From the human T2T-CHM13v2.0 reference genome, Homo sapiens, in NCBI RefSeq assembly GCF_009914755.1, contig NC_060929.1: a stretch of 64,000 nucleotides of DNA; one strand, written 5' to 3'. A program made the position numbers and the translations under genes. Shown piece by piece: positions 1 to 17,729 of the stretch. The notes beneath the pieces were generated by a model. It worked only from the letters and a program-made list of their open reading frames with translations. It was not told the origin of the DNA and made no database searches. Numbering within the stretch: position 1 is the stretch's first letter; each line of letters opens with the position of its first letter.

Positions 1-432
1 CAGAGGAATGTCAGTAAACAACAATGAACTGAAATGATCCAACCCAAGTTGGTTCCAGTTTCCCACCTGCTGGCTCATGAAAATAAGCAGAGGAGAAGGG
101 AACACAAGGCCTCCTCTGTTTGAAGGGTGAGTAGGTCTATGCCAAGGGGCCCCAGACTCTGGTAGAACAGAAAAAAAGCTTTGAGGGTAGGATCAGTTTC
201 CAGCTGTCATACCTGCACAGTGAGTGGCATTCCTAAAGGCCAGGGCAGAAATTGTGACACCATAAAGGGAAGAACGAGAGTCTCTCTATGCAAAGTCTTA
301 GCACCCCTACTTCTGTATTGTCTGAGCCCATAAAGGAGCTGAGCTAAGGAGGGGTAGAGCTCAGGGGCCTATAACTCCAGTTATGACTACTTATTGCCAG
401 AGCTGCATTCTCCTGGAGATGCACAGCATCAG

Positions 433-793
433 TATATTAGTACGTTCTTAGGCTGCTAATAAAGACATACTCCAGACTGGGTAATTTATAAAGAAAAAGA
501 GATTTAATGAATTCACAGTTCCACATGGCTGTGAAGGTCTTACAATCATGGCAGAAGGCAAAGGAGGAGCAAAGGCCCGTCTTACATGGCAGCAGGCAAG
601 AGACTATGTGTAGGGGAACTCCCCTTTATAAAACCATCAGATCTCATCAGACTTACTATCATGAGAACCACTCGGGAAAGTCCCGCCTCATTATTCAACC
701 ATCATGCCACCAGGTCCCTCCCATGACAAGTGGGAATTACAGGAGCTACAATTCAAGATGAGATTTGGGTGGGTGCACACCTAAACCATATCA
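433..793 (-). mobile_element. THE1-family (ERVL-MaLR) solo LTR
   Basis: Reverse complement of THE1 termini (tatattagtacgttc... / ...aaaccatatca) and the typical internal ggtaatttataaagaaaaagag motif. Confidence 0.9.
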
Positions 794-1174
794 GTCGGGT
801 AGCACAGATGGGGCCCTGAAAGACCAAGGGAGACACAGTAGTGGCAGCAGAAAGAACTCTTCTCAGAGTAGGAAGAACTCAACAGATACCTATGAAGGAG
901 TGAACAGAAGCAAACAAGACGTTGTATCCTGGATATGTCTGCCTCGAAAGAGCTCACAAAGTTGATTATTAAAATTATTTTGGCCTATAGCAGGAATTTT
1001 GGCCAAGTTTCTAGACCAGAATTGGGCTCATAAAATGACAGCATTTTTAGGAAACTGTGAGAAAAGAAGACAGAGGTCTTCCCCTTCCTCTTTGGTCACT
1101 CAACCAAGTCAGTGCGAGAAATGTGCTGAGAAGCCCGTTCTTGGGATGTCTCCTCCAGACCCTCCACCTCACAG

Positions 1175-1340
1175 TTTCCACCTTGCCTAAGCATAGGGTA
1201 ACCTGGGGAACTTGTTTGAAAAATATGGACTCCTAGGCCTCACTCTACATTTACTGAATATGAGTTTTCAGGGTCTTGGGCATGTATGTTTTTAGCAAAG
1301 ACTGTAGGTCCTTTAGGAACAGATGAGTCTGGGAAACACA
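1175..1340. mobile_element. MER5-like hAT DNA transposon remnant
   Basis: acctggggaacttgtttgaaaaat...tactgaatatgag...gggaaacac resembles MER5; ends approximate. Confidence 0.55.
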
Positions 1341-1892
1341 GCAACAGTCCAGGCTCTTCCTGCAATGGCCTTTCTGACATGGCAGACACACCAGTGTAAC
1401 AGTTTTGAAAGCCATTTCCAAGTTTGAATGAATGTTTAATGGTTTCAGATTTTTTTAAGTAAAAATAAAATACAATGGGAAAATCATCTTTGAGAGAAGA
1501 ATAGGAATTAAATTTAAATGGGACAGTTAGCAATTATTTTCAAAAGCCACATGATTTTGAACAAAACTGCCAGCACAGCAGAAGCTAATGGCTTGTTCCC
1601 TTGCCTTAAACGTCCTAATAAATGTGCTAATAGAGAAGACTTATTTGGAATTTATATAAAGGTAAAAGAACAAGTTCACTTCAGACCTGGCTATATTTTT
1701 TGAGACTGTGCTTTTTCAGGAACTTCAGACTTAAAATGAGGAAAAGTAAGTGTATCCTCTGGATAAGTCACTGAGAAAGGTCTTGATCCCAATCTACCTT
1801 GCAGAAGGCTGCATTATCCCAGTCCTGACTAGGTGGTGGATATGAGAGTGCTCTCTTTATTTGTACTTGCTGGCCTGCAGGAGGCTGAATGG

Positions 1893-2115
1893 GGGAGTGG
1901 TTGGAAACACGGGCTTTGGAAACAGGAAGATCTGGGTGGGCTCAAGTCCTGCTTCTACTACTATGTGTCCTTGGACACACAATTTAAACTCTCTGGGTCT
2001 TGACTTCATCACCCATGAAACAGAGTAATCATGAAACCTCGTTTGTAGGGTTATTGTATGAAATGAGTAAAGGAAGCACAACATCTGCATATAATCAATA
2101 CTCCATAAAAGTTAG
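1893..2115 (+). mobile_element. MIR SINE
   Basis: gtggttggaaacacgggctttgga...tgtgtccttggac...ttcatcacccatgaaa follows the MIR core layout. Confidence 0.75.
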
Positions 2116-2579
2116 CCACTTCTATTTCTATTTGAATTGTGAATGTTACTCACAACGTTACTCAGATTTTTAATTAGCACTTGCCTTGCCTGGTCACTTC
2201 CTGCTAAACCATTTTTTATTTCTGGTTTCCAAATTTGCTTGCTGTATATGTAACATCTGAATTTTCACCGAGAGCAAAGAGTATTATCCACTTTGGCAGC
2301 AAAACTTCTTTAAAAAATCTATCCCCAAACAGTAAGTTGCTCTAAGTTGTCCTCATGATAAATAAGTGCCCCTTAAGAGAAATGGCCTGAATTTTTCTAT
2401 ATTTTAACTATGCTGCAAAGTCAGCTCTTACTAATGTATGTATATATATCACAACAAGAGTCTCTCATTCTCCACTTAGCCAAGTCTTACTTTTACCTTA
2501 AAGACTCCTCCATATGGCCTGTCTTCCCAGTGGACTCTACCTATGATGGGGCTGTGCTTCGATGATGACCTAAATTCTG

Positions 2580-2691
2580 TGCTCATTCATTCATTCAATA
2601 AAGGTTTGCCAAATACCTACTATGTGCTAGGCAACAACATTATTTTTGTCTGTATTTTTTATCTGACACTTTTCCTGTGATTTTGTATTAC

Positions 2692-2732
<41 letters not shown>

Positions 2733-2830
2733 CTGCTCCACACTGAATTGTAACTCCTTTACCATCTTGAGGCCATGCTGAATTCTTCTCTAAATCTTCA
2801 GTGCCCAGCAAGTGCTTTCTACACATCAGA
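2580..2830. mobile_element. L2 3'-end fragments
   Basis: tcattcattcattcaata...acctactatgtgctaggca is an L2 terminus (minus); a further fragment follows the microsatellite. Confidence 0.55.
2687..2731. repeat. (TTA)n microsatellite
   Basis: Direct reading: near-perfect tta repeats. Confidence 0.95.
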
Positions 2831-3379
2831 CTTTTGGGAAAAGTTTTCCTGTTGCCATCCTGCTGATTCTTACCTAAGTGGGGCAGTTTCCCTCATGGTG
2901 GAGAAGATACGGTGATGAACCAGCTTGCTTGGGCTTGCTGGTCTGTTATATGACCTTGAGTAAATTACTTTGTGACTTATTGAGATCCTCTCAAGCCTCA
3001 AGACTTGACAAAACTTAAATCCGCATAGCTGTAAAGCTTAGTTACACCATCCTGGGCCTCAATTTTCTCTCAGGGTATCCCAGCATAGCAGAAAGCCATG
3101 GGACAGATAGACCTGTGGATACTCATGGAATGGTTTCTACATTTTCCCAGAGAGGTCATATGTTTCATTTCATTTTATCTTAAAATTTAAGAACATTCTA
3201 CTTCCTGATAAATCTCTCTACCTCCTAGCTCATCCTTCTTCCTCTCTTCCTTCAGTGAAAGACAAAAACAGATTAAGACCAACTCGACTCAAATCAGCAT
3301 CATTTTCAGCATTCATTCCCTGAAGAACAATGAACTCAGTAGTTGGCTAGCCACAAAGAAAATTACAAAAATAAAAAGA

Positions 3380-7544
<4,165 letters not shown>

Positions 7545-9262
7545 AAAATAAAAAGACCAATATCTGCCCTGAAACAGACTGAAATTTTTCTGCTCGTCTG
7601 ATTTGTTTTACTTTTTATCCAGATGGTTTGGCATCACAGAGACACAATCTATACTCTGTTTATATTATTTGCCTTCAAAAGTAATTTGCGCAAGATAAAA
7701 TAAAAATTTTTTAACATAATTCATAACTCTTAGGTAATGGGAGTTTCATGAAGACATATTTGTTACCTAGATTTGGCATCAAAAATTCTATTTGAGTATG
7801 ACATTTGAACCCTTCCATCAACATTCCTAGGCCCCTAAAATACAAAAGCCCCTTTGTGTTTTCTTCTTCACTCACAGGTATATTCCAATGATGTTATGAG
7901 TTTGGGTATCAATTGCTATAAAGTTGCCTGAATCATGTGGCCTAATTGGAGACCTATTCAGCTCCAATGAGGCTACAAACTCAGTCTCTTCGGAGCTCTC
8001 CACACTGCTATGAGGGCACACTGTACCCCTAACCTATCTCACAGCCCTGCCCTTGGAAACCACTGGTACTGAGGCAGCGATAAGAAGGTCATGGGTGGAT
8101 CTCTACAAAGTCAGCACCATGACCGGAGAAGCAAAGTACAAGCTGTGCTCGAGGTGGGTGGAAAGCATCTTCAGACTCCAAGTATAGCACACTTTGCTTT
8201 CATAAAATATTAGTGGGATGTTCTCGGGCAACTAACAATGTGTCTGATTCCCAACCTAATCTGCCCAAAAGGGCAGTGATGACAAAGCCTGGCAATTAGC
8301 TTGGGCATACAAAATGCAAAAAGGCCACAGGAAGGTTATAGTTCTTCAACCTGCTGGTTGTTTTCATGTTGCAAGGAACATGAACTTCCATTTCTGTTTC
8401 TACCCAAAGTGAGCCGCACACTCCAGTTCCTGCCACTGGAGCCATCTTGTTCCTTCATAGCGTCTTTCTACTTCTCTTCTTATTATAATTAATGTACTTT
8501 TATCTTGCCTGGAAGTGAAATTTAAAATGTGATTTTAAAGCTATAAGCTAGGTCCATCATCTGTCCTTAAATTTAATAACTGGGATCCACAAGCAAAAAC
8601 TGCAAGGAAAAAAATAGCAAAAATCAATAATAGCAATTGCCCTATAGTTAAGAGTCTGGACTTTTCACTAGTTTTCTTTGTTGGGAACAATGCTGGTTAG
8701 GCTGGCTCTTTTGATGCCATTTGGCAAATTCACTTTTCCAGGACCCAAATCAACTCCCTGAACTGAGAATTAGATCCTTCATTTGGTGAAAGGAAGCATG
8801 CAACTCTTATAAAATCAAAGTCATTTGAAACTTTGCCACTCCCTATTAAAAAAAATTAAAAAAAAAAGCCCTGTTGGCTCAAGGAGTGAAGAAGTGATGT
8901 CTTACGGAAAATAATTCATTTCTTTACTTTTCTTACATAACATCCTCCTCTCTCCCTTCTTTCTCCTCCCACAATTCCCTCCCTGACACTTCAGTTTGCC
9001 ATTCCCATGCACAAAGGACCCAGAGTCCCTTAAAACAGAATGGATGTTCATGAAGAAAGAGAATCCATCGGGCCATGTGAGAGTGGACAATCAAACTCAA
9101 TTCTTCAGTCAGCAAGATCAGATAACTTTACTCATTTCCTTGACCAGCACAGATGGGTGACACATGATGAATATAGCTAAAAGGAAGAAGCCACTTTAAT
9201 CCAAATAAGAGTAATTTCATGAGTGTTCAGAATCATGCAGGCTTCAGCATTGCTTTTCTTAC

Positions 9263-9321
9263 CTTTTTCTCTGAGTGGCAAATAAATTCTGTCAAGGGAA
9301 GTGAAATTAAATTAGTCCTCT
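9263..9321 (-). other. Candidate 59-nt spliced exon
   Basis: Minus strand: tataactgtctcttttctcccag|AGAGG...GAAAAAG|gtaaga (branch-like site, pyrimidine tract, strong donor). No transcript evidence. Confidence 0.4.
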
Positions 9322-9368
9322 CTGGGAGAAAAGAGACAGTTATACTTTTCCACTGAGGAAGTACTGTT

Positions 9369-9414
9369 AAATATATATATTATATATTTGTATATATTTA
9401 TAATATATATATAT
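9369..9414. repeat. Imperfect (TA)n repeat
   Basis: Direct reading. Confidence 0.85.
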
Positions 9415-9481
9415 CCTTAATCATAGTATATCAGTAAATAATTGGAAAACAGTTACTGAAAGTTTGTAGACAAATAAGAGG

Positions 9482-9663
9482 GAACATTTTTGAAGCCAAA
9501 CCTAAATAACACAGAACTGCTTTTTAGAGGTTTTCAGGGAAAAATATTTTTCTTCTCAAATATTATCAGGTGGAGAACACTTGAAACCAAACCAAATAGC
9601 ACTAAACTGCTTCCCAGAGGTTTTTGTGGAAAAATATTTTTCTTCTCAAATATTATCAGAAGG
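9482..9663. repeat. Two-copy ~90-bp tandem duplication
   Basis: Both copies share gaaca...tgaa.ccaaac...aactgctt...agaggtttt...ggaaaaatatttttcttctcaaatattatcag. Confidence 0.9.
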
Positions 9664-10069
9664 AAAATCCAACTGCCACACTAGAAAAATCCCAGTTGGT
9701 TACAGCAATCCAGTTTCCCATCAGCAAGCTTTTGTTGGCCTCAAAGCACTGTATTGGCAGACCAAACGGTAGTGCTGCAGTGAAAGCAGATCCAAAAGCT
9801 AAGAACACTAACTACAAATTGTTCCTTCCCTTCTTAGTCTCTTTAGAAGGAAATAAGCTCAAAGGCAAACCAGTGTCCCCCTCATAACCTGAGATTTCTC
9901 CTAACTTCCGTGTATGAAGGAGCAATACCATGGCTCAGAGCATGACTTCCATAATCAGACAGAACTGCATTCCACTGCTTCCTCTTCCTAGCAAGTGACT
10001 GAGCCTCATTTTCCTCTTCAGGCAAATTAAGCTGTCATCTACTTCACAGTATTGTAAGATGTAAGATTA

Positions 10070-10444
<375 letters not shown>

Positions 10445-10514
10445 TTATAGAAGTAGTTATTTTTATTAATAAATTGTTCATAAGGCTTATGGTTAAGATT
10501 CCGAATTTTTATAT

Positions 10515-10657
10515 TTTGTTTTTATTTTTAATTTTTTTTTGTAGAGATGAGGTCTTACTATGTTTCTCAGGCTGGTTTCAAACTCCTGGCCTCAAGCAAT
10601 CCTTCCATCTCAGCCTCAAAAACGCTAGAATTACATACATGAGCCACTGCACCTGGC
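10515..10657 (-). mobile_element. FLAM/Alu monomer
   Basis: gtagagatgaggtctt...cctcaagcaatcc...gagccactgcacctggc. Confidence 0.85.
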
Positions 10658-11399
10658 TTAAGATTCTATAAATCTTGATATTATTGTGAAAATTATGATG
10701 TTGGTTAACAAGATCATGTGTCCTAGAATTTCCAGTAAAATCTCTATTTCAAATATCCTATGATCATGCATACAAAGTGTTGTTTTAGTAACCAGGGTAT
10801 TCATTGATCATCACTGTAGGTTGTTTGAAATGGAGAAACTTTGGGGAGAGGAAGTGGAAAGAGGGACGAACTCAGAGAATACAGGATTTATTGAACATGA
10901 ACCCCTAACTGGGGTTCTTGAACTCCTTAGAGATTAATATGAGCAATCTTTTTGTAAATGAAAAATCTTAATAGACATCAGCCACACAGATACAAAGATG
11001 CAAAAATATGACCAGCATATTCAACAAGTATATTTAATGCTTTTTGCCATTTAACTGCATATTTAGAGAAGTTCAAAGACATGAAAAAAGAAATGAGAAA
11101 CACTTTCATAAATATAGCTTGTCATTGAAGTTGTGGTAGCAAAGAGAGTAACAGAAAGGTGTTTGGTGCTGGAAAACCTGGAAACCAACATTTCAGATCA
11201 AGTCCTAATGGCTTCAGGGGATTCTACACCAAAGCTAGGCAGGCAGTTACCTAGGAGTAGTCAAGCCTATCAGAAACTTGTCATTTGAGTTTTTGATCCA
11301 AGGAACAAAGGAAATGCCACTCTCATAAATCCTCCCCAAGCTCCTCTTACATGAAATCAGCAATTGCCTTCTTTTCAAATCAGAAATACTGTAAATGTG

Positions 11400-11738
<339 letters not shown>

Positions 11739-13023
11739 TTAGATCACATTTTTAAAATAAATAGAAAATGTAAAATTGTGTATTTTAACTGAGGGTGCTA
11801 GACTTTGTATAAATAAATAACACAACTGACATATCTTGAATGGGATGGTGGTTCTGGCAGTTACTTTTAATAAGGCCTTGGTTCACCTCCCATGCTGTTA
11901 TCTTTATGTCTCCCTCTGATCAAACTTCACACCTTTGTTGTCTGCATTCAGGAGGCTCTTGAGGCTGTGGAATAGAGCTTACCTCTGTGGGGCATAACTG
12001 GCTGGTGTCGGAAGTAGGCTACCTATCTGTTCTATCCAGCAGAGCTTCAACAAAAAACTTGGAAGGAGAAGACCACAGGTGCCCCTTACACACATAAGCT
12101 TACAGGTTTACCATAATTGTCTGCTCTCAATTGAACAGCGCTAACGAGTTGAACCACAGTAACATTCAAAGTGTGAGATTTAAAAATCAGAATGTCTATA
12201 TTCTAACTCAGTGATTTAAAAGCTGGCCACGACACTCAACACACTTGGACACAAAACAAATTCCATCCACTGACATATTCAAAACTTCCCACTGTGAAGG
12301 CTGGTGTGTGGGTCTAAGGGGTGATGCTGTTCATCCCAGAAGAGATGGTTTGAGTGGGAAGCTGAGAAGGAGGAGGAATAAAGGCCCTGCCCTCTTCCTA
12401 GGGTCTGCCCTCCACTACGTATCATCATTTTATTTAAAAGTATATCTGGGAATGTCCTGAGCATTTATTTGATTCCTAAATGAGGCTAAATATGTGCTAG
12501 AAAATAACTGCTGATAGAAATAAAACAAAAATAAACAGTGAATATCAAAGAATGTGTACCTCCATATAAGCTAAACAGCATTTTTAGTGCTACCTTCAAG
12601 GTATTCTGTGCTCAGGCTGTCTGCATTCATCAACCTAGGTGATGTACCTGGTGTGCTACTGAGAGGTGCTCTGAGTATTCCCATCCATCACAAGCAAAAA
12701 GAAAAGATACTGTGCTGTCTATAGGAAGATGTGACCTACCCTCCTAGGGCAGGACAGGCATTTGGAGTGTTTCCTTCCCACTTATAACTAAAGATTATAT
12801 TTATGAGAAGTCTCATAATCTGTATTTATAAAGATTTCCCCTCGTGACCAAAAATTAGATTTATGAGATGCCTCTCCTTTTTCCTTTTTCTTTTTATTAT
12901 CCTTTATTAAATGAATAATTATACTAGAAGGTACCATTTGTTAACCACCTCATTGGTTCCAGGAACAGTAATATGCCCTTTTCATTTAACTTTGAAAACA
13001 ACCCTTGAACTAAGTGCTATTAT

Positions 13024-13360
13024 TATAAGAATTAAAGAAAGAGGAGAGAAACAAGAAGGGTGGCTCAACAGTCAACAGGTTTATTTCCAACCATGGAGGG
13101 ACTTCTGACAGAGTTAGTCAGAAGCTGCACTTTCTTATAGACTAAGAGTTTTTAAGGATTCAGGGAGGGAGAGTTTATCAGAGGCTTGGACTGCTTCTGT
13201 GTTTCTTTGTTGTGCTTATCTGGGAGGGAGAGTTGTGTGTCTGTTCCCATACCTCTTTCTGCAGCTGCAGGCATATCCCCCGAGTTTGCCTTTAGTTTCC
13301 CTATCTTAGTGCACCTGAAGGGAAAGGTTTGTCTGAGATGATGGTGCTCCTGCTCTGTCA
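13024..13360 (-). mobile_element. LTR19-like ERV1 solo LTR with internal deletion, inserted in a MIR (~12920-13500)
   Basis: Minus strand starts tgacagagcaggagcacc and has aataaa near its end; 5-bp TSD ATTAT (13019-13023 / 13361-13365); MIR sequence on both sides. Confidence 0.75.
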
Positions 13361-13706
13361 ATTATCACATCTGGAAGATGAGAATCAAAGGCTCAGAGAT
13401 GTTATGTAGGGTGCCCCAGGTCACAATCCTATGAGGTGGCAGAGCTGGAATTCAAGCCCAAGTCACTCCAACTTCAAAACCTATGCCCTTAACCATCTCA
13501 CTAGACATCTGCCAAGAACCAAACCAGCAGGCCCAGGGCAGATGGGATTATGGCAGCTGGGATCAGGGACACACCAGATACAGCCCTTCCTGCCCAGTCA
13601 TGCCCAGTTCATGCATCCACAGTACCATGCTTCTCTCTGTCTCCTACTTCTGGCTTAGCTAAGCTGCCTTCATTGACCACAGTCCCTGGCTTTGACTTGG
13701 TGAACT

Positions 13707-14265
13707 TGAGAGGAGAAGTCTTCTTCCAATCGAAGGTTTTTCTCCATTGAAGGGTTCGTGGTCTCACAAGCTTCAAGGAATGAAGCCGTGGACCGCAGCG
13801 GCAAGTATCACAGCTCAATTAGAGAAACGCGGGGACCCAAAGAGTATGCAGTGGCAAGATTTATTAAAGAGAAAGCGAAAGTAAAGCTCACACACGGTGG
13901 ACGGGACCCATAAGGGTTGCCGTTTCTGGCTTGGGTGTCTTATGCTTATATCCCCTTATGACCCCTCCTCTTCTCCTTTTTCTGTCCTATAGAATTAGCT
14001 ATTTCTATCCGCTTGTGGGTTGGCGGGCCTGATTGGTTAAAAACATCAAGCTGCAGCTAGAGCTTAAACTCCCTATGTGATTGGTTCAAGTTTCAATCCC
14101 TTAGCTTACAGCTGTGACTCATTTTGGCTGAGGGGAAAGTCGCCTTTGATTGGTTGAACTTTCAATCCCTTAGCTTGCAGCTATGACTCATTTTGGCTTA
14201 GGGGAAAGTCCCCTTAGGGAAGTCCCTGTTGACCCAGGAAGCCAACTTAGCCACTTAGTCCCTCA
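13707..14265 (-). mobile_element. ERV9/LTR12-related solo LTR
   Basis: TG...CA ends, TSD AACT (13703-13706 / 14266-14269), LTR12-like aagaatgaagccgtggacc U5, repeated CCAAT boxes, TATA-like gatataag and aataaa on minus. Confidence 0.8.
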
Positions 14266-15004
14266 AACTGACTCCAATCTCTGTTTTTTTTTATTTTTTA
14301 CCACATTTTCTATTTGGGGGGGTCTGCACTATCCTAAGTCCTTGCCTCTGATTTGAGCCCAGTCAACCCTTCCACAGTTCCATTAGTCTGGAACTCCATC
14401 AACCCAATCAACCCTCTCTTTTGTAGATCTGTCTGGAACCCCATGTCATGAACCGGATGCCTAGAACAGTTAACATGCGTGAGCTAATAACATTTTCATA
14501 ATAAAGGTTTATTAGTGTATGTTTATATATGTGTTAGGCATAAATATGCAGGTATCTTTTTTTAAAATTAATACTAAGATGACCCTCTATCTAGCCTGAG
14601 GAGATTCCCACAAGTAAACCCTTTGTTTCTTTCAGGGAATTCTTCACAGTCCCACACAATAACCCTGCAAGATCAAAACCAACTCCACACAACCCTCAAG
14701 TTCTTGCTGTTTTTCCCAGGCCTAGCTTGCCACCTACTGGCAAGAAACAGGAGCAAGAATCCAGGAGCAAAGACAGAAAAGGAATGACAAGAATTGAACA
14801 CGATGCCTCTGCTAAATATTCTAGCCCTTAGTTTCTAGTTTTAGATCTCTCAAGGCCCAGATCTGCCAGACACCTACAGAAAGACTGGAAGCAGTCAAAG
14901 GAGGCTTTCTCCTCTAAGGCACTGTTAAGATCTGTTTCTTCTTGAAAACAGAGTATGAACAAATCAATGGTCTTTATGCCCCTCATTGGCAGAAGATCTC
15001 CTTC

Positions 15005-15275
15005 TGTTAAGAAACTACAGGATGAATAAGTTCTGGAGACCTAGTGTACAGCATAGTGACTATAGTTAATAATACTGTTTTGTATACTTGAAATTTGCTA
15101 AATGAGTAGATCTCAAGTGTTCTTACCACACACACACCAGTGAGGTGATGGATATGTTAATTAGCTCAATTGTGGTAATCTTTTCACAAGGTATGGGTGT
15201 ATCAGATATCACCTTGTACACCTTAAATATATACAGTTTTTATTTGTCAATCATACCTCAATAAAGCTGGGAGAA
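15005..15275 (+). mobile_element. Old L1M (L1MA/L1MB) 3' UTR
   Basis: gaataagttctggagacc...gtgaggtgatggatatgttaattagc...tacctcaataaagctgg. Confidence 0.85.
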
Positions 15276-17147
15276 TAGAAGAGTTTGGGATTTTTTAAGA
15301 AATAAAAAGAAGAAAATGCACAAAAAGAATAGCATCAGAGAGAAGGAGAAAATTTGAACTTCCCAGAGAAAATTCCTAAAGACAGCCAAGGAGGAACTTC
15401 CCAGCTCAGTCTATCAGCAGACATCATCAAGAACACAGGGCCCACAGCAGTAGGGCTGTGGACAAAGTGCACAATAAAGCATCTTCTTTCTCTTTCCCTG
15501 GATCTTGAATCTGTGAGCCCAATTGAACAAACACCAATCAAATGTAAAAGCCTAAACTAAACCCTTACGTTAACATTTTTACTGACCTGCAAACTGAAAG
15601 GTTTTCTAAAAAATGATATTTGCCTAGCTCATATAAAATTATAAATTTCTAAAAATATTAAACATATCAAAAGCATGTCATGCAAATTTGATTTCAATGT
15701 CTTATATCCACATCCTCACATCATAAACATCTCACAAATAGCAATCCCTTCCAAAATGACTCTTTTTTAAGCTTTAATTTTGTGCCCCAGCGTTCTGTAC
15801 ATCTTGAGAAAAGATGACAATAAGGAAGAAAAACTGACCAGTCCTTCTCATTTTCCTTCCTTCTCACTTGTCAGAAACTAGAAAAAAAATGCCTCATGGG
15901 TTTTCGAAAAATTTCAGATTGTATGACCTCTTCTCTGTTTAAAGTGCAGATGAATTTCAAGTTAATCATAACACATTGACCACACATAATCATTTCCTTC
16001 CCCTCCTGACACTCAAAATGACAACAACAAAATAAAAAATATATTACTCACAAGGACAAAGAGAATGTGAGAGGACACAACAGCAGGCAAGGGATTTAAA
16101 CTCATTTGCAGAAACTTGAGTAAGGGTAGACTTTACAGAGTGATGGCATTTTTACCTCACTGCCCACAGACAGCGGTGCTGCTAAGAAGCATGTGAAACA
16201 GGTCCCTGAGATCCTGTTCATCTAAAGGCATCTGACATCAAAGGCAGGGGTAGGGCGTGCGGCTAGAGAAAAAAGAATTGGTTGAAGGTCTAGAGATAGA
16301 GTAGTTGGAACCCAGGTATAACCCATTGCTACAGAGCCAGAAATGAAATCTACAACCAATGACTTTGTAGGGAAAACAATGCCTTCTCTGACAATATATC
16401 ACCCTTAAAGGAGAGCATCTGACAGTTTGATGCTTGGCAGGGAAGACAAGGGCATGAGCAGAAGTAGGGGGAGTTGATCAACAGCCCAGTATTTTATAAT
16501 TCTCTTGCTCCTGCCATCCAGAAGCAATTACACTTCAGCTTTACTCACCTTTCTCTAGCTTAAACCAATGAAAAAACTCCTGCCTGAGGAAAATGCTCAG
16601 ATTTGCAAACCACTCAGCAGTAGCAAACAAGACAATTCACAAAGACACTCAGAGCTTAGAAGAGAAATATGTACGTAGCATTGACCACTTTCTTCTGCTA
16701 GTTTCAGAACTCATCTTTAAGACATTTATTCCCTACAGAGGGGCAAGGTTTTGGTTTTGATGAACCTCCATATCTCACCCACCAAAAACATGCTTTCTAG
16801 CAAAATACTACATGTAATACATTCCCATTAAGACCAAACAAATCAAGCATATAGAGCACCTTACTATGGAATTTTACATGCACACCGAAGCACTTATCTC
16901 CAAATCATCTAATAACACTGCCAACTAATTTCCTTAGTATCCTGACCTGAGAAAAATCTCAATATTATGGGTATTTCTGGGAATTTGGGGAACATAGTGA
17001 AATTTAGTTTCCATACTATAGGTGTCCAAGAAACATTTTGGTTCTGCTGTTTCTACTGTAACATGACCTGTGCCTCTAACTCCCTTCTGAGGCAAGACTG
17101 TTTATTCATTATTAAAAGCAGTAGGAGTTTGTAGAAATACAGAAGTA

Positions 17148-17528
17148 TAAAGCAGATGCTATGGGTGACCTGTGCTTATGACCTCAGCCCACCCTGCTGC
17201 TGACTTCTGGCATCCCTATGCCTCAGGAGGTCATCTGGCCATAGGAGTGTGTCTGCCTATTGTGTACAACAGGCCAAAGGGCCAAGGAGTTAATGACCCA
17301 ATGAAGGAGGAGAGTTGGCAGATAAATACCCTAAGCTTCCTGCCCCTCAATGGGACAATTACAGCTATGTCCCAAATACCATGTCAGCAGGATGGAGGTC
17401 TGGTTGTCTATCATTCATTGATGGTTTTCCTTGCCTTACTACCCCACTATCTCATAGTACTTCTGGCCACCACCTCTCAAATAAACAACTTATTATATGG
17501 AGTCTCCCAAAAAGCCCAGTGGGAGACA
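17148..17528 (+). mobile_element. LTR16-like ERVL LTR
   Basis: ggagttaatgacc, gataaataccctaagcttcctgcccctc, aaataaac motifs; similar layout to the LTR at 33269. Confidence 0.65.
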
Positions 17529-17529
17529 A

Positions 17530-17729
17530 AACATCACAGCAACACAAACCGTTATTCACCATTTGAGAAGCACGTTCTAACATGTTGCTAGAGACTAAAT
17601 GGTGGACTGCAGAAAAATCACGAGACCACGTGACCAGGGCTACCCATTCAGAAGCTGGGTATGGCCAGATCATTAAATGCCAAGGTCAGGCAGCCACAAC
17701 ATAAATGCCCAGCACAAGGGAAATGCTAC
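17530..17729 (+). mobile_element. ERVL (HERV16/ERV3-16A3-like) pol remnant, left part
   Basis: ccatttgagaagcacgttc...gaagctgggtat...gggaaatgctac resembles ERVL pol and continues colinearly at 30469. Confidence 0.65.

Noticed and set aside
7851-7880. Strong plus-strand acceptor (ttttcttcttcactcacag); others at ~1719 and ~14634
   Set aside because: No convincing exon chain or reading frame; isolated acceptors are common.
15980-16330. Possible ancient L1/HAL1 5' region
   Set aside because: Too diverged to call by eye.
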